Below are positions 61,034 through 64,000 of a DNA stretch of 64,000 bases, in pieces (within the stretch, counting starts at the first letter, position 1; the number at the start of each line of letters is the position of its first letter). Origin of the DNA: Hydrolagus colliei. Taxonomy: Eukaryota. A program made the translations under genes and the position numbers. The stretch is from NCBI GenBank assembly GCA_035084275.1, contig CM068747.1:1736001-1800000 (forward strand). The letters are read 5' to 3'. A model generated the notes under the pieces. The model was not told the DNA's origin. It saw only the letters and a list, made by a program, of their open reading frames with translations, and searched no databases.

Positions 61034-62295
61034 CTGTATTATGCCCAAGAGAAAAGCAGTGAGGTTCAAAGTCTTGCAACTTTCAACACAACCCTTCAAT
61101 ATAAGACCAGATTTTTCTGTTCTTTAAAGCAAATGGTACTGCTTGACTGGTCTCCTGGGGAATACTTGATGTGTTTCTGTAAAGATTCAAAACAACTCAC
61201 TTGATGTATAGGCTACATTTGGTCTAGCTAATTGTTAATTAAGATTTGACTGGGAAACTGAAATAATACTCTAAATGGTGGTTTAACAAAAGATGCATTG
61301 AAGCTGAGCAATTCCACAAAGAACAAAGCACAAACTAGTGAAGTCTATCTTAAAAATTCTGAAAAATATTTTAAAATACCCAACAGAATGTTTAAGATAT
61401 ACTTCACCAGTTTCTTGCTCTTACTTTGTGCAAATTATATATATTGGACAATGAGCCTTTAAACTCAAAATGAAGTAGTCACTGTTAAACAAAGCAAATC
61501 CTATTTAAATGCATTTTGAGTGTTGGTACTCCTCTAAAGAGGCTTACTAATTGTCCATGCATGCCTTCAGCACAAAAGCCATTATTGGAATTCATTGTAT
61601 TTGAACAGGGTATGCCATGTAATAATGATATACCTCATTGATATCCAAATTTCTCAAAAATCTGTGCTTTCAATCATTTGTTTTTTGCACAGGAAATATC
61701 ACTGATGCCACTTCTGTTGAGTTATGCCAGCAAATAAATACCATTGACAACAACAGCAACAAACAAAATTACATGTTTAAAGCGCCTTTCACATCAGGAG
61801 GACGTCTGAAGGTGCGGTTGACATCACATTTCTTCACAGCACGCAAAGACAATGCCAGCTGCAGTCTCCGCGCATAGGGAATTATATCAGCCACTATGAT
61901 ATTAGGCTCATATACTGCTGCGATATTACCAGAGGAAAATAAAATAATCTGAACTATTGTATTTAATTCAAATCATTTTTTAGAAATAGCAATTGAATAT
62001 GTGCACTTAACATTGATTAGATGAGCCATGGAAGGTGTGTTATTTTGCAAGCAAAACTAGTTGTAAACTAGGAGATTCATACAGTACAAACACCAAATAA
62101 TTCTATAATTAACATCCAAAGGAAACCTTCCGGGATCGTTTATAAATGCATTGCATAATACAGCCAGAAAGGAAAGCAAACACAAAGCTCTATGTCATCA
62201 GTTCAGGCTGTAAATAAATGGACTTGTGCAAATAAAAGTATCTAAAATTATTCACAATGGGATTCATTCAGATTGAATAAGGTGTTTGCACTAAC

Positions 62296-62439
62296 CTGGG
62301 ATGGAAGCTGCAGCCAGAAAGCCAATCATTATGACCTTCACCAGTCATGATAATGTCACCATTGGGAATAGACCACATTTTCCAGAGCCGGTCATCACTT
62401 CCAGTCACCAAGATTTCTTTTCGTGGATGAAGAGCTAAG
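62296..62439 (-). CDS. SPAG16: SPAG16 coding exon, most 5' in the window (144 bp): (S)LALHPRKEILVTGSDDRLWKMWSIPNGDIIMTGEGHNDWLSGCSFHP(S)
   Basis: Hand-translated on the minus strand; not in the ORF track. Acceptor tttctag|, donor |gttag. WD40 repeat closely resembling the human SPAG16 segment as I recall it (..HKDILVSCGEDRLWK..GHTDWLSDCCFHPS). Phase fits the next exon (AG|T = Ser). Confidence 0.95.
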
Positions 62440-63719
62440 CTAGAAATGATTTTTTAAAAATTTAATGAAATAGTGCTGTAAACACTGTTTGGTCAATAAA
62501 CAGATCAAAATATTTAATATTGCTTCTTACATATACTGTACTAAGAATGTATAGTTGGCAGAAATTATACAGCTCACCTCTTTAAAATCTATTTATAAAT
62601 TCCACTATAGTATAAAAGAACTTTGTTTTCTAAACATTTATGCAGAATAAATAAAATAAAGTGTTAGCTATTGATTACAGCACATGGTGCACCACTCTGA
62701 TGGTTTTTGTTTCACTCATTCACTGTATTATTTCCAATTCTAGAAACAATGGAGGTTGCAAGTCTATTAATATTTGAAACCCAAGACTGTTGCCAGCAAT
62801 TTCCATCTAATATAACAGACAGTGTCAATGCTTTCAGTTAATGCATTGTATATAGTGTATACTATTGTACAATAGAATTGAATTGCAGACAATAGTTTCA
62901 TCTAGGCAGCATGCATTTCTTTGAAGATACCGTGAAAGAATAAATCGTGGAAGAAACTGGAATGAAGAACCACATGCATATACAGTAAATACATTCCCAC
63001 AAAAATTCAGAGGAGGCCTGATAATTTCCGAATTTAACTTGTTTCTCACTGAAAAACATTTGCTGCCTTATCTTCCTTGCTCGAGATGATTGGTTCATTG
63101 AGGCTTTTAGTGTCTTCCCAATATCTTTCTTGCTTCATCATCTTATTGAAAGGCTTTTCCAGCCCCATCAATCAAATGCTGCAAGTGCCACATTTGAAGC
63201 TTCAGCATGTCTTTGTCTCTTCAATGCCATTAATCTGCTGTTCTTTTCTAATTTTTACTTTGCTTAATTATTGCAAAGTAAACCTATAGACTTCTTAGTT
63301 GCTATATATATATATATATATCCATATATGCATTTTATATATACACACACATTAATTCCTGATTTACAGCATTTATTTAAATGTTCCGTAGTGTAACATT
63401 TACAATACCACAAAAAACCATTAGTGGCAGAAAAAATCAATATTAATCAACGCTAACATCTCTTAAAATGCAATCCAGTTTAAATAGATTTGTTCTGTAT
63501 TAAATAAAAATAGCTCTCTGATTACCAATGTAGAAATTCAGGTTTAACCAGCTTATGATCAGTGAAACATCAGGTTAGTGTCATTTTACCATGAACATGA
63601 TTGACCTGCACTACAAGGGGAAATTAATCCTGAGTAATGCTTGCAACCAAATTTTTATTGGCAATGGGATTATTAACTTCTGACTTGCTGTCTGTGCTCA
63701 TAGAGATGAGTAAAATTTG

Positions 63720-63895
63720 ATAATAATAATCCTTAAATTTGATATAGTGCCTTATCACTTTTTTGAGACATCTCAAAGCGCTTCACAGAATATACTGTAA
63801 AGTGTAGTGCCTGTATTTTGTGGGCGAAAAGCAGCAGCCAATTGAGCATAGCAGTATTCCACAAACAGTCGGGATTGAGTGACCAAATTATTATT
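63720..63895 (-). mobile_element. SINE 3' half
   Basis: Same family tail and body as the other copies. Confidence 0.85.
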
Positions 63896-64000
63896 GATAA
63901 TATATTGTGGTATTTAGATTATTTCTAGCATTGTTTAACAATCATTTTCACCAAACACAATACTGTGTTCCTATAATCGCAACCACCTCAGCTAACTTGT

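Noticed and set aside
8400-62000. Numerous 60-110 aa ORFs in the introns as nested genes
   Set aside because: No recognisable domains or coherent splice structure; most overlap SINE/L2 fragments or are expected by chance.
62834-63289. Additional upstream SPAG16 exon or other gene (purine-rich minus-strand stretch)
   Set aside because: Stops in the frames I tried and no similarity to SPAG16 or any recognisable domain; possibly old TE debris.

Overview
Vertebrate genomic DNA, almost certainly a cartilaginous fish. A chimaera such as Callorhinchus milii is my best guess from the SINE/L2 content and the gapped, homopolymer-error-prone assembly; this is inference. The window holds the last six coding exons of SPAG16 (WD40 central-pair ciliary protein) on the minus strand. 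Read from 62439 down to 5861 they splice in frame with GT-AG sites, and the terminal intron is about 32 kb. Directly downstream, also on the minus strand, is the 5' part of VWC2L (brorin-like VWC-domain BMP antagonist): a CpG- and microsatellite-rich promoter region with a strong REST/RE1 site and the first coding exon (948-1347), which has an apparent 1-nt homopolymer frameshift. The introns are dense with tRNA-derived SINEs, 5'-truncated L2 LINEs with at least two tail types, CR1 remnants, two copies of a Helitron-like non-autonomous element, a Tigger-like end, Penelope-like remnants and a divergent RT fragment. There are three N gaps (769-947, 1789-2696, 5546-5860). I found no convincing wholly new gene system. 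The best leads are the RE1 site and the tight SPAG16-VWC2L coupling with candidate intronic enhancers, a Helitron-like family carrying an L2-like tail, the atypical RT relic, an exon bracketed by inverted SINEs, and fold-back rearranged SINEs. Repeat boundaries are approximate.
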